A DNA stretch of 64,000 nucleotides from an uncultured Actinomycetota bacterium (lineage in GTDB: Bacteria; Actinomycetota; Actinomycetes; Mycobacteriales; Nakamurellaceae): NCBI GenBank assembly GCA_963829945.1, contig CAWHKH010000015.1, positions 10,621 through 74,620 of the forward strand, read 5' to 3'. Made by a program: the position numbers and the translations under genes. The first letter of the stretch is position 1; every line of letters begins with the position of its first letter. Below are positions 51,054 through 61,366 of this stretch, one piece after another. The notes under the pieces were generated by a model. That model did no database searches, was not told the origin of the DNA, and worked only from the letters and a program-made list of their open reading frames with translations.

Positions 51054-53485
51054 GCCTTCTTCCGATTCTTGCCCGGCTTGCCCGCGTCCCGGATGTCGCG
51101 GCGGACCGGCGGCTGCGCGGTGGTCGGCGGCTGGTTCGCCGGCGCCGCGTGCGGCGGCGGGGTCTGCCGATCCGCGCGGGGGTCCGCCCGGGGGTCACCG
51201 ACGGATCGGGGCGGGCCGGCGAATCCGCCCGTCGGCGGTCCCGGCGGGTACGCGGGGCCGGCGGGGTTCGTTTGCAGCGCCTGGGTCGAGGCCGATCCCG
51301 CCGAGCCGGACCCGCGCCGCAGCCGGGCGGTCAGCTTCGAGTAGTCCAGCCACGGGAAGAGCGATCGCCCGCGCTCGACCAGCATGCTCTGGATCAGGCC
51401 GACCACGAGCAGCACGGTGACCACCGAGAACCCGATCGAGTACACCTTGTCGTGCCCGAACGACCAGACGCCGCCGATCAGCAGTCCGACGACGCCGCCG
51501 AACACCCAGGACAGCTGCAGCACCGTCTCGCTGCGGCCGAACGCCGACGCGCGGCTCGCCTCGGGCAGCTCGTGCTGGATCACCGAGTCCAGGCAGACCT
51601 TCGCCAGCGACGACGCCGTCGAGCCGACGAGCCCGACGATCGCGGCGGTGACCAGCCCCGGCGCGAGGATGGCGATCACCGTGGACAGGACGGTCGCGCC
51701 CAGCGAGATGATCGACGTGGTCTCGGGTTTGTTCAGCGGGAGCCGCGCGCCCAGCCCGTTGCCGAGGAAGCCGCCGATGCCCGCGGCGGCGCCGACGAGG
51801 CCGAGCATCAGCAGCTGGGTGAAGGCGCTGGAGTCCGTGAACTCGCTCTTGATCACGAAGGCGATGAACAGCGCGAGGAACCCGGTCTCGATCCGGATGG
51901 TGCCGTTCGCCCAGAGCGTGGTGATGACCGGGAGCGTGAACCGGCCCGCCGACTTGTCGTGCTGGCCGAGCGTCTCCACCGGCACCTCGCCGGCGGTCGA
52001 CTCGACCCAGGCGGGGATCCGCAGGCACAGCCAGCCGCCGCCGATCGAGATGATCGCCGTGAAGATCAGCGCCCCGGTGGAGCCGAACGCCCAGGCCAGC
52101 AGGCCCGCCACGGCTCCGGCGGCGAATCCGGCGAGCAACCCGAACACGGTCATCCGGGAGTTGGTCTGCACGAGCGTGATGTCCGGCGGCAGCACGCGCG
52201 GGGTGACGGCCGCCTTGAGCACGCTGAACGACTTGGACAGCACGAGCATGCCGAGCGCGGCCGGGTAGAGCACCCACGAGTCGAAGTTGAACGCCATGAT
52301 GATCGCCAGCACGGCCCGCGCGAAACTCGAGGCGGCCAGCGCGATCCGCCGCCCGCGCTGCAAGCGATCCAGCGCCGGCCCGATCAGCGGCGCCACGATG
52401 GCGAACGGGGCCACGGTGATCACCAGGTACAGCAGGACCTTGCCGGACGACTCCGCGGTCGCGGCGGCGAAGAACAGGGTGTTGGCGAGGGCCACGGCGA
52501 CCGCGGCGTCCACCGCGTAGTTGGACATCACCGCGTAGGTGAGCGCGGTCAGGCCCGACCGGTCGGCGCCGTCGGCGGCCGCCGCCCGCCGGAAGATCTC
52601 CACGCCACGCGTGGTCAGCTCGCGGCTGCGGAACGCGGCGACCCGGGTGACCGTCAGCTTGCGCGGGCCGGTGCGGCCGGGAGCGGTCGGGGCGCCGGCG
52701 GCCCGGCTGTCCGGCGACCCGTCCGGGTTCGGCGCGAACGGCTCCTGGTAGGACGGCAGGTGGCTGCCGCGCGGTGGCGACTCGTACCGCTGCTCGGCCG
52801 CGGGCCGCTGCTCCGTCGGGGCGTGATCGGCGGCCGGGGGGCCGGTCGGGCCGGAGGGGTCGTAGCCGGCCCCCGGCGCCGTCGGCGGACCCCAGCCCGG
52901 ACCGCTGGGCGCGGGACCGTACGGCGGGGTCGGCGGTCCGTACGCCGGGCCCTGCTCACCGTACGACGCGGGGGGTGCGCCATAGGAGCCGGGCTGCTGC
53001 CCGTACTGCGGGGGCTGCTGGCCGCCGTGTGACGCCGGCGGCGGGCCGTACGAGGCCGGGGGCGGGTAGGACGCCGCCCCATAGGCGTCGTGCGGGTACG
53101 GCGGTGGCTCCCGGTGGCCGGGCGGCGGCTGGTAGGCACCGGGCTGCTGGTAGGGCGCCGGCGATGGGTAGGACGAAGGCGGTTGATACGAGACCGGCGG
53201 GTAGGAGCCCGGATCCGGTGGGCTCGCGGGCGGGGTCCACCGCGGCGGCGCCGGGTGCTGCGGCGCCCCGTCGTCGCCGGGTGCCTCGCCGGTGCCCGGC
53301 GCCGGATCGACGTCCGCCGGTGCCGGCTCCGGGTCCGGCGCTGCCTCGGGGGCGGGGTACGGGTAGGGATACTGCCCCCCGCGCCGTGGCAGCGCCGTCG
53401 TGGCCTGCTCGCCCTCGGGTCGCGGCGGCTCGGGAGGCCACCGGTCGTCGCCGGCGCCCCGACCGTCCGAGCCGGGAGTGGTCAC
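51050..53485 (-). CDS. MFS transporter with long Pro-rich N-terminus (Rv0876c-like)
   Basis: KLTVTRVAA, ADGADRSGL, ALANTLFF, APFA..AP.IGP.LDR, SAFGRSET.LQL.WV.GG. Confidence 0.88.
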   Translation of the reverse strand: MTTPGSDGRGAGDDRWPPEPPRPEGEQATTALPRRGGQYPYPYPAPEAAPDPEPAPADVDPAPGTGEAPGDDGAPQHPAPPRWTPPASPPDPGSYPPVSYQPPSSYPSPAPYQQPGAYQPPPGHREPPPYPHDAYGAASYPPPASYGPPPASHGGQQPPQYGQQPGSYGAPPASYGEQGPAYGPPTPPYGPAPSGPGWGPPTAPGAGYDPSGPTGPPAADHAPTEQRPAAEQRYESPPRGSHLPSYQEPFAPNPDGSPDSRAAGAPTAPGRTGPRKLTVTRVAAFRSRELTTRGVEIFRRAAAADGADRSGLTALTYAVMSNYAVDAAVAVALANTLFFAAATAESSGKVLLYLVITVAPFAIVAPLIGPALDRLQRGRRIALAASSFARAVLAIIMAFNFDSWVLYPAALGMLVLSKSFSVLKAAVTPRVLPPDITLVQTNSRMTVFGLLAGFAAGAVAGLLAWAFGSTGALIFTAIISIGGGWLCLRIPAWVESTAGEVPVETLGQHDKSAGRFTLPVITTLWANGTIRIETGFLALFIAFVIKSEFTDSSAFTQLLMLGLVGAAAGIGGFLGNGLGARLPLNKPETTSIISLGATVLSTVIAILAPGLVTAAIVGLVGSTASSLAKVCLDSVIQHELPEASRASAFGRSETVLQLSWVFGGVVGLLIGGVWSFGHDKVYSIGFSVVTVLLVVGLIQSMLVERGRSLFPWLDYSKLTARLRRGSGSAGSASTQALQTNPAGPAYPPGPPTGGFAGPPRSVGDPRADPRADRQTPPPHAAPANQPPTTAQPPVRRDIRDAGKPGKNRKKA

Positions 53486-53489
53486 CAGC

Positions 53490-53520
53490 CCATCCTGCCG
53501 CACCGGGTACGGCAGGATGG
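53490..53520. promoter_or_regulatory. Symmetric bidirectional leaderless promoter
   Basis: CCATCCTGCCG-N9-CGGCAGGATGG. CAGGAT lies 6-7 nt before the GTG on each strand. Confidence 0.5.
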
Positions 53521-53525
53521 CGCCT

Positions 53526-54516
53526 GTGATCGCAGTGGACACCAGCGTCGACCCGCCCGAGAACCCGCCGACCGACCCGTCCCATGAGGGGCGGCCGGAC
53601 GCCGGACCGGAAACCGCCTCCGGCGGCCCCGCCGACGTCTCCGCGACCGCCGAGATCGGTCCCGCGGAGATCGCCACCGCGCGGGCGTCCGCGGTCGCGG
53701 AGGCGGGGGACGCCGCGCTGGTCGGCGACTACGGCGGCGCGGCCGCCGAGGATCCGGTGGCCACCACCCTGCGCTTCGCGTCCCTGGACCGCGGCTACCG
53801 CGGCTGGTTCTGGTCGGTGACGGTCGCGCTCGTTCCCGATGACGAGCCCACCGTGAGTGAGGTCGTGCTGCTGCCGGGCGAGGACGCGCTGCGGGCGCCG
53901 ACCTGGGTGCCGTGGGAGGACCGGGTCAAGGCCGGCGATCTCGGCGTGGGCGACCTGCTGCCCGCGGCGCCCGGCGACGACCGGCTGGTCCCCGGGTACG
54001 TGCAGTCGGACGACCCGGCGCTGGAGGACCTGATGCACGAGCTCGGCTTCGGCCGGGCGAGGGTGCTCAGCCCGATCGGCCGGGACGACGCCGCGGAGCG
54101 CTGGCACGACGGGCCCTTCGGGCCGACGGATCCGATGGCGCTGTCCGCGCCGGCGCACTGCGTGACGTGCGGCTTCTACGTCCGGATGCCGGGCCTGCTC
54201 GGGGCGACGTTCGGGGTGTGCGCCAACGAGTTCTCGCCGGCCGACGGCCGGGTGGTCGATGTCGGGTATGGCTGCGGCGCGCACTCGGACGTGCCGCCGC
54301 TGGAGCCCGCCGTCACCCAGCCCGCCGTGCTGGACGAGCTGATCCTCGAGGTGCACGCGCGTCCCGAGCCGGCCGAGACCGACGACGCGGCAGGGGAGGT
54401 CGCGGTCGGCGAGCCGCCGGCGGTCGCGCGAGCCTGCCGCCATGGATCCCGCCGGACCGGACCTGGCCGTCGAGGAGACGCCCGACGCGAGGACGAGCGA
54501 CGACGCCGACGGCTGA
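53526..54516 (+). CDS. DUF3027 protein (Rv0877-like), probable frameshift at ~54428
   Basis: GYRGW.W.V, LLPG..AL.AP.WVPW..R, DD.RLVPGY, C..CGF, FGVCAN, DG.VV...YGCGAHS. An acidic tail in the shifted frame stops at 54516. Confidence 0.85.
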
Positions 54517-54529
54517 TCCGCCCGCGGCG

Positions 54530-57500
54530 ATGCCCGACGACCCGTTCGACACCGCCGCCGTCCGGCGCGCTGCCCTGGTCGCCTGGTCGGCGTCCGCGGC
54601 GCGGCTGCGGGAGGACGCGAACGCCGAGGAGGCGCTGGTCCTCGGCGGGTACGCCGGGCGGGTGCTGGTCGAGCTCGCGGCCAACGCGGTCGACGCGGCC
54701 AGGGCCGCCGGAGTGCCGGCGCGGCTGCGCATCCGGCTGGCCGGAGCCGAGCTGCGGGTCGCCAACACCGGCGCGCCGCTGACGGCGGAGGGGCTGGCCG
54801 CGCTCGCGTCCCTGCGCGCCTCGGCCAAGCGCGACGACCTCGGCTCGATCGGCCGGTTCGGCGTCGGGTTCACCGCGGTGCTCGCCTGGACGGAGGCGCC
54901 GCGGGTGGTCTCCACGTCCGGCGGCATCCGCTTCGACCGGCGCGAGACCGCCGCGGAGATCGCCGGTCTCGGCCGCGCCGAGCTGGACAGGGAACTGGCG
55001 CAGCGCGGCGGTCACGCACCGGCCCTGCGCCTGCCCTGGCCGGTCGGCGACGACGAGCCACCGCCCCCGGCGGGCTACGACACCGAGGTGCGGCTGCCGC
55101 TGCTCGACCCCGATGCGGTGCGCAGCGAGCTCGTCGATCCCGAGACCGTGCAGGACCTGGTCTGGGCGGTGCCCGAGCTGACCGAGATCGACGTCGCCGG
55201 GACCGGGATCCCGTCGTTCGTGACCACCCACACGGTCGACCTCGACGGCATCCACCTCGTGGACGACGGGACCGCGGCCCGCCGGTACCGGACCGCGCAT
55301 CGCACGGGCCAGCTCGCGCCTGAACTCCTGGCGGGACGCCCGGTGGAGGAGCGGGACCGCCGGAACTGGTGGATCACCTGGGCCCGCGAGCTGAGACCGG
55401 ATGCGGAGGCGGACTTCTCGGCCGGTTGGCCGAACGGCGCAGCCGGGGGGACGGTGGGCGCGCCGACCCCGACCGACGAGCCGATCTCGCTGCCCGCCCG
55501 GCTGGTCGGCACGTTCCCGGTCGACGACACCCGCCGCCGGCTGGCGCCGGGTCCGCTCGCCGACCATCTGCTCGACCGGGCCGCCGCGTGCTACCTGGAC
55601 CTGATGGCCGCCACGCCGCCGGCCGATCGCTGGCGGCTGCTGCCCACGGCGGGCTTCCCGCGCGGCCCGATCGACGCGACCCTGCGCGCCGGCGTGCTGG
55701 ACGGCTTCGCCGCCACCCCGCTGCTGGTCAGCGCCGCCGGCGACGAGCTCACGGCCGCGGACGCGGTCCTCCTGCCGGGCCTGTCGGAGGCGGGCGCCGC
55801 CCTCGTCGGCCAGGCCGTGCCGGGCCTGCTCCCGCCCGCCTCCGGGCCGGCCGAGACCGCCCTCCGCGCGGTCGGCGTGCGCATCCTCACCCCGGCGGCC
55901 GCGAGCACGGCCCTCGCCGGCATCGACCGGCCGGCCGAGTTCTGGCGCGCGCTGTACGCCGAGCTGGCCGTGATGGACCGGCCGCCGGACCCGGAGGACC
56001 TGGCCGACCTGCCCGTGCCGCTGGTCGGCGGCCGGCGAGCGTTCGGCGCGCGGGGGTGCCTGCTCCCCGTGGCGGCGGACGGCGGCCCCGACGCGTCGTC
56101 CGGACCCGAGGTGGTGGCGGCGGCGCGCGCCGCGGCGGTCGTGCCCGGCCTGCGGATCGTCGACGCGGCGGCCGCGCACCCGCTGCTGCTCCGCCTCGGC
56201 GCCGTCCCGGCCGACCCGTCCGCGGTGCTCGGCGACCCGGCCGTCGCCGAGGCGATCCGGGACCTGCACCGCGAGCTCGACGACGCCGATCCCGACCCGG
56301 ACGCCGTGCGCGACCTCGGGGAGGCCGTGCTCGACCTCATCGCGGTCGGTGGGCGGGCCGACCCGGATCTGCTCGGCCTGCTGGTCCTCACCGACGACGC
56401 GGACCGGCCATGGCCCGCAGGCGAACTGCGGCTGCCCGACGCCAGGATCGCCGGCGTGCTGGCGGCGGATGCGGACCTCCCGGTGGTCGGCCCCGAGTGG
56501 TCCGACCGGTACTCGCGGGACGTGCTGGGCGCCGCCGGGGTTCGCGGCGGCTTCCGGGTCGTGACGGTGACCGACCCGGACGATCCCGACGTCGCCCTGC
56601 CCGACCTGGACGAGTGGCTCGAGGGTGCCGGCGCGGCCGGGCCGGTCGGTGAGTTCGCGGCCATCGCCGACCTGGACCTGATCGACGAGGCGCGCTGGCC
56701 GGAGGCCATCGCCCTGCTGGCGGCTGACCGGGACGCGCGGGCGGTGCTCGCGGCGGCACGACCCGCCGGCGGTCCGCCCGCCTATCCCACGTGGTGGCTC
56801 GGCCGGCACGCGGTGGTGGCCGGCCGGCGGCTGTCCGACTGGCGCTCGCCCGGCGCGGACGAGCTCGCCGGGGTGTACGACCCGCTGCCGATCCCGGTCG
56901 ACGAGCGGATCGCCGCCGGCCTCGGGGTGCGCACCGGGCTGGCGGACGCCGCCCGCGACGACCCGCAGGGGCTGCTCGAGCGCGTGTCCGACCCGGCCCG
57001 CGACATCCCCGCCGCCAGGGTGCCGGCGATCATCGCGGCCCTGACCGACGCGGCTGACGCGGCGGGCGCGACCGAGCTCGACCTGCCGGCCGGGGTGCGG
57101 ACGCTGGCCGGCACCGTCGTCGACGCCGAGCTGGCCGCCGTGCTCGACGGCCCCTGGCTGCTCGCCGTGCTGCCGCCGGACCGCCTGGCGCCGGGGGGTG
57201 CCGACCCGCGGCGGGTGGCCGACCTGCTGGACCTCCCGCTGGCCTCCCAGTCGACCGACTTCTCGCTGACCGCAACGGAAATCGGCGGGACGGACCTCGA
57301 CACCGACGTCGCGGCGGCCACGTCGGCGCTGGCCGCCGCGGCAGGGGCGGTCGGCCGCGCGGGTCGGCACGTCGGCGTGCAGCTGGTCGCGCGGTTGACG
57401 GTGGCGGTGGACGGCGGCGCGCCGGCCACGGTCGGCTGGTGGGTGGAGGGCGATCGGGTGCTGGCCACGGCCGACCCGGCGGCCATCGGCCGGGCGGTGG

Positions 57501-57592
57501 CCTGGTCGGCGGGCATCTGGTCAGCGCGCCACCGGTGCATCGCCGCCGCGGCGGGCGATCTCGAGCGCCTCGCCGAGGAGGGAGTCGGCTGA
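54530..57592 (+). CDS. Sacsin-like N-terminal GHKL (HATPase) domain protein
   Basis: ELAANAVDA, VANTG, SAKR, IGRFGVGF. Confidence 0.8.
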   Translation: MPDDPFDTAAVRRAALVAWSASAARLREDANAEEALVLGGYAGRVLVELAANAVDAARAAGVPARLRIRLAGAELRVANTGAPLTAEGLAALASLRASAKRDDLGSIGRFGVGFTAVLAWTEAPRVVSTSGGIRFDRRETAAEIAGLGRAELDRELAQRGGHAPALRLPWPVGDDEPPPPAGYDTEVRLPLLDPDAVRSELVDPETVQDLVWAVPELTEIDVAGTGIPSFVTTHTVDLDGIHLVDDGTAARRYRTAHRTGQLAPELLAGRPVEERDRRNWWITWARELRPDAEADFSAGWPNGAAGGTVGAPTPTDEPISLPARLVGTFPVDDTRRRLAPGPLADHLLDRAAACYLDLMAATPPADRWRLLPTAGFPRGPIDATLRAGVLDGFAATPLLVSAAGDELTAADAVLLPGLSEAGAALVGQAVPGLLPPASGPAETALRAVGVRILTPAAASTALAGIDRPAEFWRALYAELAVMDRPPDPEDLADLPVPLVGGRRAFGARGCLLPVAADGGPDASSGPEVVAAARAAAVVPGLRIVDAAAAHPLLLRLGAVPADPSAVLGDPAVAEAIRDLHRELDDADPDPDAVRDLGEAVLDLIAVGGRADPDLLGLLVLTDDADRPWPAGELRLPDARIAGVLAADADLPVVGPEWSDRYSRDVLGAAGVRGGFRVVTVTDPDDPDVALPDLDEWLEGAGAAGPVGEFAAIADLDLIDEARWPEAIALLAADRDARAVLAAARPAGGPPAYPTWWLGRHAVVAGRRLSDWRSPGADELAGVYDPLPIPVDERIAAGLGVRTGLADAARDDPQGLLERVSDPARDIPAARVPAIIAALTDAADAAGATELDLPAGVRTLAGTVVDAELAAVLDGPWLLAVLPPDRLAPGGADPRRVADLLDLPLASQSTDFSLTATEIGGTDLDTDVAAATSALAAAAGAVGRAGRHVGVQLVARLTVAVDGGAPATVGWWVEGDRVLATADPAAIGRAVAWSAGIWSARHRCIAAAAGDLERLAEEGVG

Positions 57593-57620
57593 CCGGGCCG
57601 GGGACGCGCGCCGGCCCGCC

Positions 57621-57995
57621 TCAGAACCGCTCGTCGAGCGCCATCGCGCTGGCCGTCCTGGTGCCGCGCCGGGCGGCGCTGCGCTGCCACAGGTAGATCG
57701 AGAGCCCGATGATGCCGAGCACGAACCCGGACAGACAGGTCCACAGCCAGACCATCGCGTCGTTCGCCTGCAGTTGGGGGATGAAGAACAGCAGCACGAT
57801 GAACCCGGTCAGCCACAGCGCCATCCCGGGTATCGCGATCGCCCAGAGTCCGGTGCGGACCGGCGGCAGCGCGGGCGGCGTGTAGCCGGGGGCGGGCGCC
57901 GCCTCGGCCTCGGGCGGCGGGTCTACCGCGGGCGCGGCGTCGGGCGCGGGGACGGGCACGGCCTCGGGCGCGGGCTCGGGCTCGGGCGCGGTCAC
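57621..57995 (-). CDS. DUF2530 small membrane protein
   Basis: G..LW, W.WTC..G..LG..G, QR.AARRG. Confidence 0.78.
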   Translation of the reverse strand: MTAPEPEPAPEAVPVPAPDAAPAVDPPPEAEAAPAPGYTPPALPPVRTGLWAIAIPGMALWLTGFIVLLFFIPQLQANDAMVWLWTCLSGFVLGIIGLSIYLWQRSAARRGTRTASAMALDERF

Positions 57996-58111
57996 GAGGC
58001 GAGCCTATGTCGGACGATCGAGCTGACGAGCGGGCAGATGGGAATCAACGGGGCGAATCCTTGTATGCGGGAATTGTTCCAATTGCCCCGTTAGCGCGAT
58101 ACGGTTTTCGC

Positions 58112-58555
58112 GTGGATGACGTCGCGCCATTGGCCGGCGATCTGCGACTGGCCGTGCACCGGCTGACCCGGCGCATGCGTCAGCAGCAACTTGACGACGC
58201 CCTGACGCTCACCCAGTCCTCTGCGCTGGCGGTGATCTCGCGCTTCGGCCCCCTCACCGCGGGCGAGCTGGCCCTGCGCGAACACGTCCGTCCGCCGTCC
58301 ATCACGCGCGTGGTCACCTCCCTGGAGGACATGGGACTCGTTGTGCGGGAGGGCAATCCACGGGACGCGCGGCAGGTCCTGGTGCGCATCACCGCGGCCG
58401 GCGAGGCGCGGGTGCAGGAGAACGCGCGGGTCGGCGAGGCGTGGTTGACCCACCAACTTGCCGGGCTCTCCGACGACGACCGCGCCCTGCTCGAGCGTGC
58501 CGCCGCGCTGATGGGCAGGATCGCCGGCGGCGAGCCGGAGCCCGGCGCCGGCTGA
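58112..58555 (+). CDS. MarR family regulator (Rv0880-like)
   Basis: LR.AV.RL.RR, LT.GELA..E.V.PPSITR....LE, DARQVLV; TACGGT -10 just upstream. Confidence 0.9.
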   Translation: MDDVAPLAGDLRLAVHRLTRRMRQQQLDDALTLTQSSALAVISRFGPLTAGELALREHVRPPSITRVVTSLEDMGLVVREGNPRDARQVLVRITAAGEARVQENARVGEAWLTHQLAGLSDDDRALLERAAALMGRIAGGEPEPGAG

Positions 58556-58715
58556 CGGATTTCGGTCGCGCCGGGGCTGATTGCCGTGCGCCCGTGGCGG
58601 TCTCGGTGGGAGATTGGGGAGGGTGCGTAGTTGCGGCGCGGGCCGGGCGAATTTCCACTGTGGTCCGCGCGGGTCCGGGCACCGTCCGTCCGAGCGCATC
58701 GACCGAGGGGGCAGC

Positions 58716-59712
58716 GTGTTGCGGCTGTCCGACTCCTGGGTCTGGGACTTTTGGCTCGTCGACGACGGCGAGGAGTACCACCTGTTCTTCCTGTACGCCT
58801 CGCGCGCGTTGCGCGACCCGGAGCGTCGGCACCGCCGTGCGGGCATCGGGCACGCGGTGTCCGACGACCTCGAGGACTGGCGGCGGCTGCCGGACGCACT
58901 GGTGCGGGCGGACCCGCCCGCCTTCGACGACGTCGCGACGTGGACCGGCTCGGTGGTGCGCGGCCCGGACGGCACCTGGCACATGTTCTACACGGGGCTC
59001 GCCGTACACCGCGGCGGGTTCCGTGCAGCGCATCGGCCTGGCCACCTCGTCGGACCTGGAGACGTGGGACCGGCACCCCGAGAATCCGTTGCTGGCGGCC
59101 GATCCGCGGTGGTACGAGACCCTCGATGCCGGGCTCTGGCCCGACGAGGCCTTTCGCGACCCGTGGGTGTTCGCCGATCCCGGCGGCGACGGCTGGCACA
59201 TGCTGATCACCGCGCGGTCCGCGCACGGGCCCGCCGACGATCGCGGTGTCATCGCGCATGCGCGCTCCGACGATCTCGTGCGTTGGCGGATCGGGCCGCC
59301 GCTGTCGGCGCCCGGCGCCGGATTCGGCCAGCTCGAGGTGCCGCAGCTCGCCGAGGTGCAGGGGCGGCACGTGCTGCTCTTCAACTGCCTCGCGAACGAG
59401 TTCGCCGCCTCCCGTCGCGCGTCCGGCGGCACGGGCGGCGTCTGGTGCCTGCCCGTGTCGTCGCCGCTCGGGCCCTTCGACATCGCCGCGGCGGTGCCGC
59501 TGACCGCGGCGGACCTGTATGTCGGCAAGCTCACCCGCGACCGGTCCGGCGCGTCGGTGCTGCTGGCCTTCCGCAATGTCGGCCCGGACGGCGCCTTCGT
59601 CGGCGAGATCACCGCGCCGATGGCGGTGGCGTGGCGCGAGAACCGGCTGGTGCTAGTCGATCCCGGTCGGGCCGACGAAATCCCGGATGGCGGGCAGGTG
59701 CCCGGGCCATAG
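58716..59712 (+). CDS. GH32/GH68-like five-bladed beta-propeller glycoside hydrolase (frameshift at ~59000)
   Basis: WVWDFW, HLFFL, GHAVS.DL..W, WTGS, FRDP, LEVP. Confidence 0.82.
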
Positions 59713-60357
59713 CTGGTGCCCACCCTGGTGCAGGCGCAGGTCGACGGCGGCGCCGGCGGTGGAGAGATCGCCGACGAGTCGGCTGGTGAGCGACTGCGGC
59801 GCCATCGGGTCGCGCCGGCCGTTCGAGATCAGCACCCGGTGCCCGCGCAGGTCGGCGGGGGGCGCCTGGGCGAACGGCGGCATCGCGGCCACCAGCACCG
59901 CGTTGCCGATCGCCTCGGGGTGCAGCAGCAACAGCGCGGCGGCCATGTTCGCGCCGTTCGAGAAGCCCACCGCAGTGAGCGATCCCGGCGCGATGCCGTA
60001 CTCGTCACCCGCGGCGGACAGGAACTCGGCGAGCTCGTCGGCGCGGTCGACGAGGTCGGCCTCGTCGAAGACGCCCTCCCGCAGCCGGCGGAAGAACCGC
60101 GGCATGGTGCCCTCCCGGACCGTGCCGCGTGGCGCGAGAAGTGCTGCACCCGGGGCGATCTCGCGCCCCAGCGGGAGCAGATCCCGTTCGCTGCCGCCGG
60201 TTCCGTGCAGCAGGAGCAGCGGTGCACCGGCCCAGGCGGGATCTCCCGGCACCCAGGCGTGGGGGCGGGCGAGCGACGAGCCGTTGCCCGCGCGCGGGCG
60301 CTGTGCGGGCGGTGCCGCCTGGTCGATCGACGGGCCGGTGAAGAGCGACTCGGTCAC
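59653..60357 (-). CDS. Alpha/beta hydrolase (MhqD-like carboxylesterase)
   Basis: LLHGTGG.E, RFFRR, GFSNGAN, G..DP, GGH. Confidence 0.88.
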   Translation of the reverse strand: MTESLFTGPSIDQAAPPAQRPRAGNGSSLARPHAWVPGDPAWAGAPLLLLHGTGGSERDLLPLGREIAPGAALLAPRGTVREGTMPRFFRRLREGVFDEADLVDRADELAEFLSAAGDEYGIAPGSLTAVGFSNGANMAAALLLLHPEAIGNAVLVAAMPPFAQAPPADLRGHRVLISNGRRDPMAPQSLTSRLVGDLSTAGAAVDLRLHQGGHQLWPGHLPAIRDFVGPTGID

Positions 60358-61314
60358 CGGGCACCGGTTCCGTCCAGGTGCAGGATCGGGAGGGACGCGG
60401 CGATCTGCTCTCGACTCGGCTCGAGCCACGGTGGCAGCTTGAGCGAGCGGCCCAGCTCCAGGAGCGGCTCGTCGACACCGAAACCCGGTGTGTCGGTGGC
60501 GATCTCGAACAGCACACCACCGGGCTCCCGGAAGTAGATGCTCTTGAAGTACTGCCGGTCGAGGATCTCGGTCACTCGGACGCCGGCGTGCGCCAGCTCG
60601 TCGTGCCAGCGCGTCATCGTCGCGAGGTCGGGCGCGCGGAAGGCGACGTGGTGCACGGTGCCGCCCGCCTGCAGCCCGCGGTCCATCGAGCGCTCGCCCG
60701 CGACGTCCACCAGCGTGCCCGACGACCCGCCCGCCATCGCGAATCGGGCTCGGCTGCCCGCCTCGGCACCGAGGTGCATGCCCAGCAGGTCGGTGAGCAT
60801 GCGCGCCGTCGGGTCCAGCAGCCGCTCGGTGAGCGTGACGGCGTGCAGCCCGCGAACCGCGTGATCGGCCGGGATCGCGGCGACCCCGTCCCAGCCGGAG
60901 CGCTCGTCCCCGGTGGCCGGAACAAGCTCCAGCACCATGCCGTCCGGGTCGCGCAGTTCGATCACCGGCGCCCCGTCGCGGATCGGTGATCGGCGAAGTC
61001 TCGACGTCGAGCGATCGCAGCCGGTCGTGCCAGAACGCCGTCGAGTCCTCGGGGATCGAGAACGCCGTCGCCGTGGTGAGCCCGGTGCCGATCTTGCCGC
61101 TCGGCACGCCATCCCACGGGAAGAACGTCAGCAGGCTCGCCGGCCGGCCGGCCTCGTCCCCGTAGTACAGGTGGTAGGTGTCCGGTGCGTCGAAGTTCAC
61201 CGTCTGCTTGACCAGCCGGAGGCCGAGCACCGTGGTGTAGAAGTCGACGTTGCGCTGCGGGTTGCCGGCGATCGCGGTGACGTGGTGCAGGCCGTGGGGC
61301 GCGACCGTGCTCAC
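60354..61314 (-). CDS. Ring-cleaving dioxygenase (MhqO/LinE/PcpA-like), frameshift at ~60980
   Basis: GLHHVTAI, LVKQTVNFD, YHLYYGD, TFFPW, VHHVAFR, DRQYFKSIYFREPGGVLFEIATD.PGF. Confidence 0.92.
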
Positions 61315-61346
61315 GGGCACCTCCTTCCCCGACGCCGCCGGCGGAC

Positions 61347-61366
61347 GTAGTTGCACGCGAAACTAC
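61347..61366. promoter_or_regulatory. Imperfect palindrome, putative MarR operator over the dioxygenase -10
   Basis: GTAGTT-GCACGCGA-AACTAC. Confidence 0.6.

Noticed and set aside
59653-61356. Dioxygenase-esterase fusion (567-aa ORF)
   Set aside because: Created by the indel near 60980. The dioxygenase C-half is in another frame and ends at a GTGA overlap with the esterase start.
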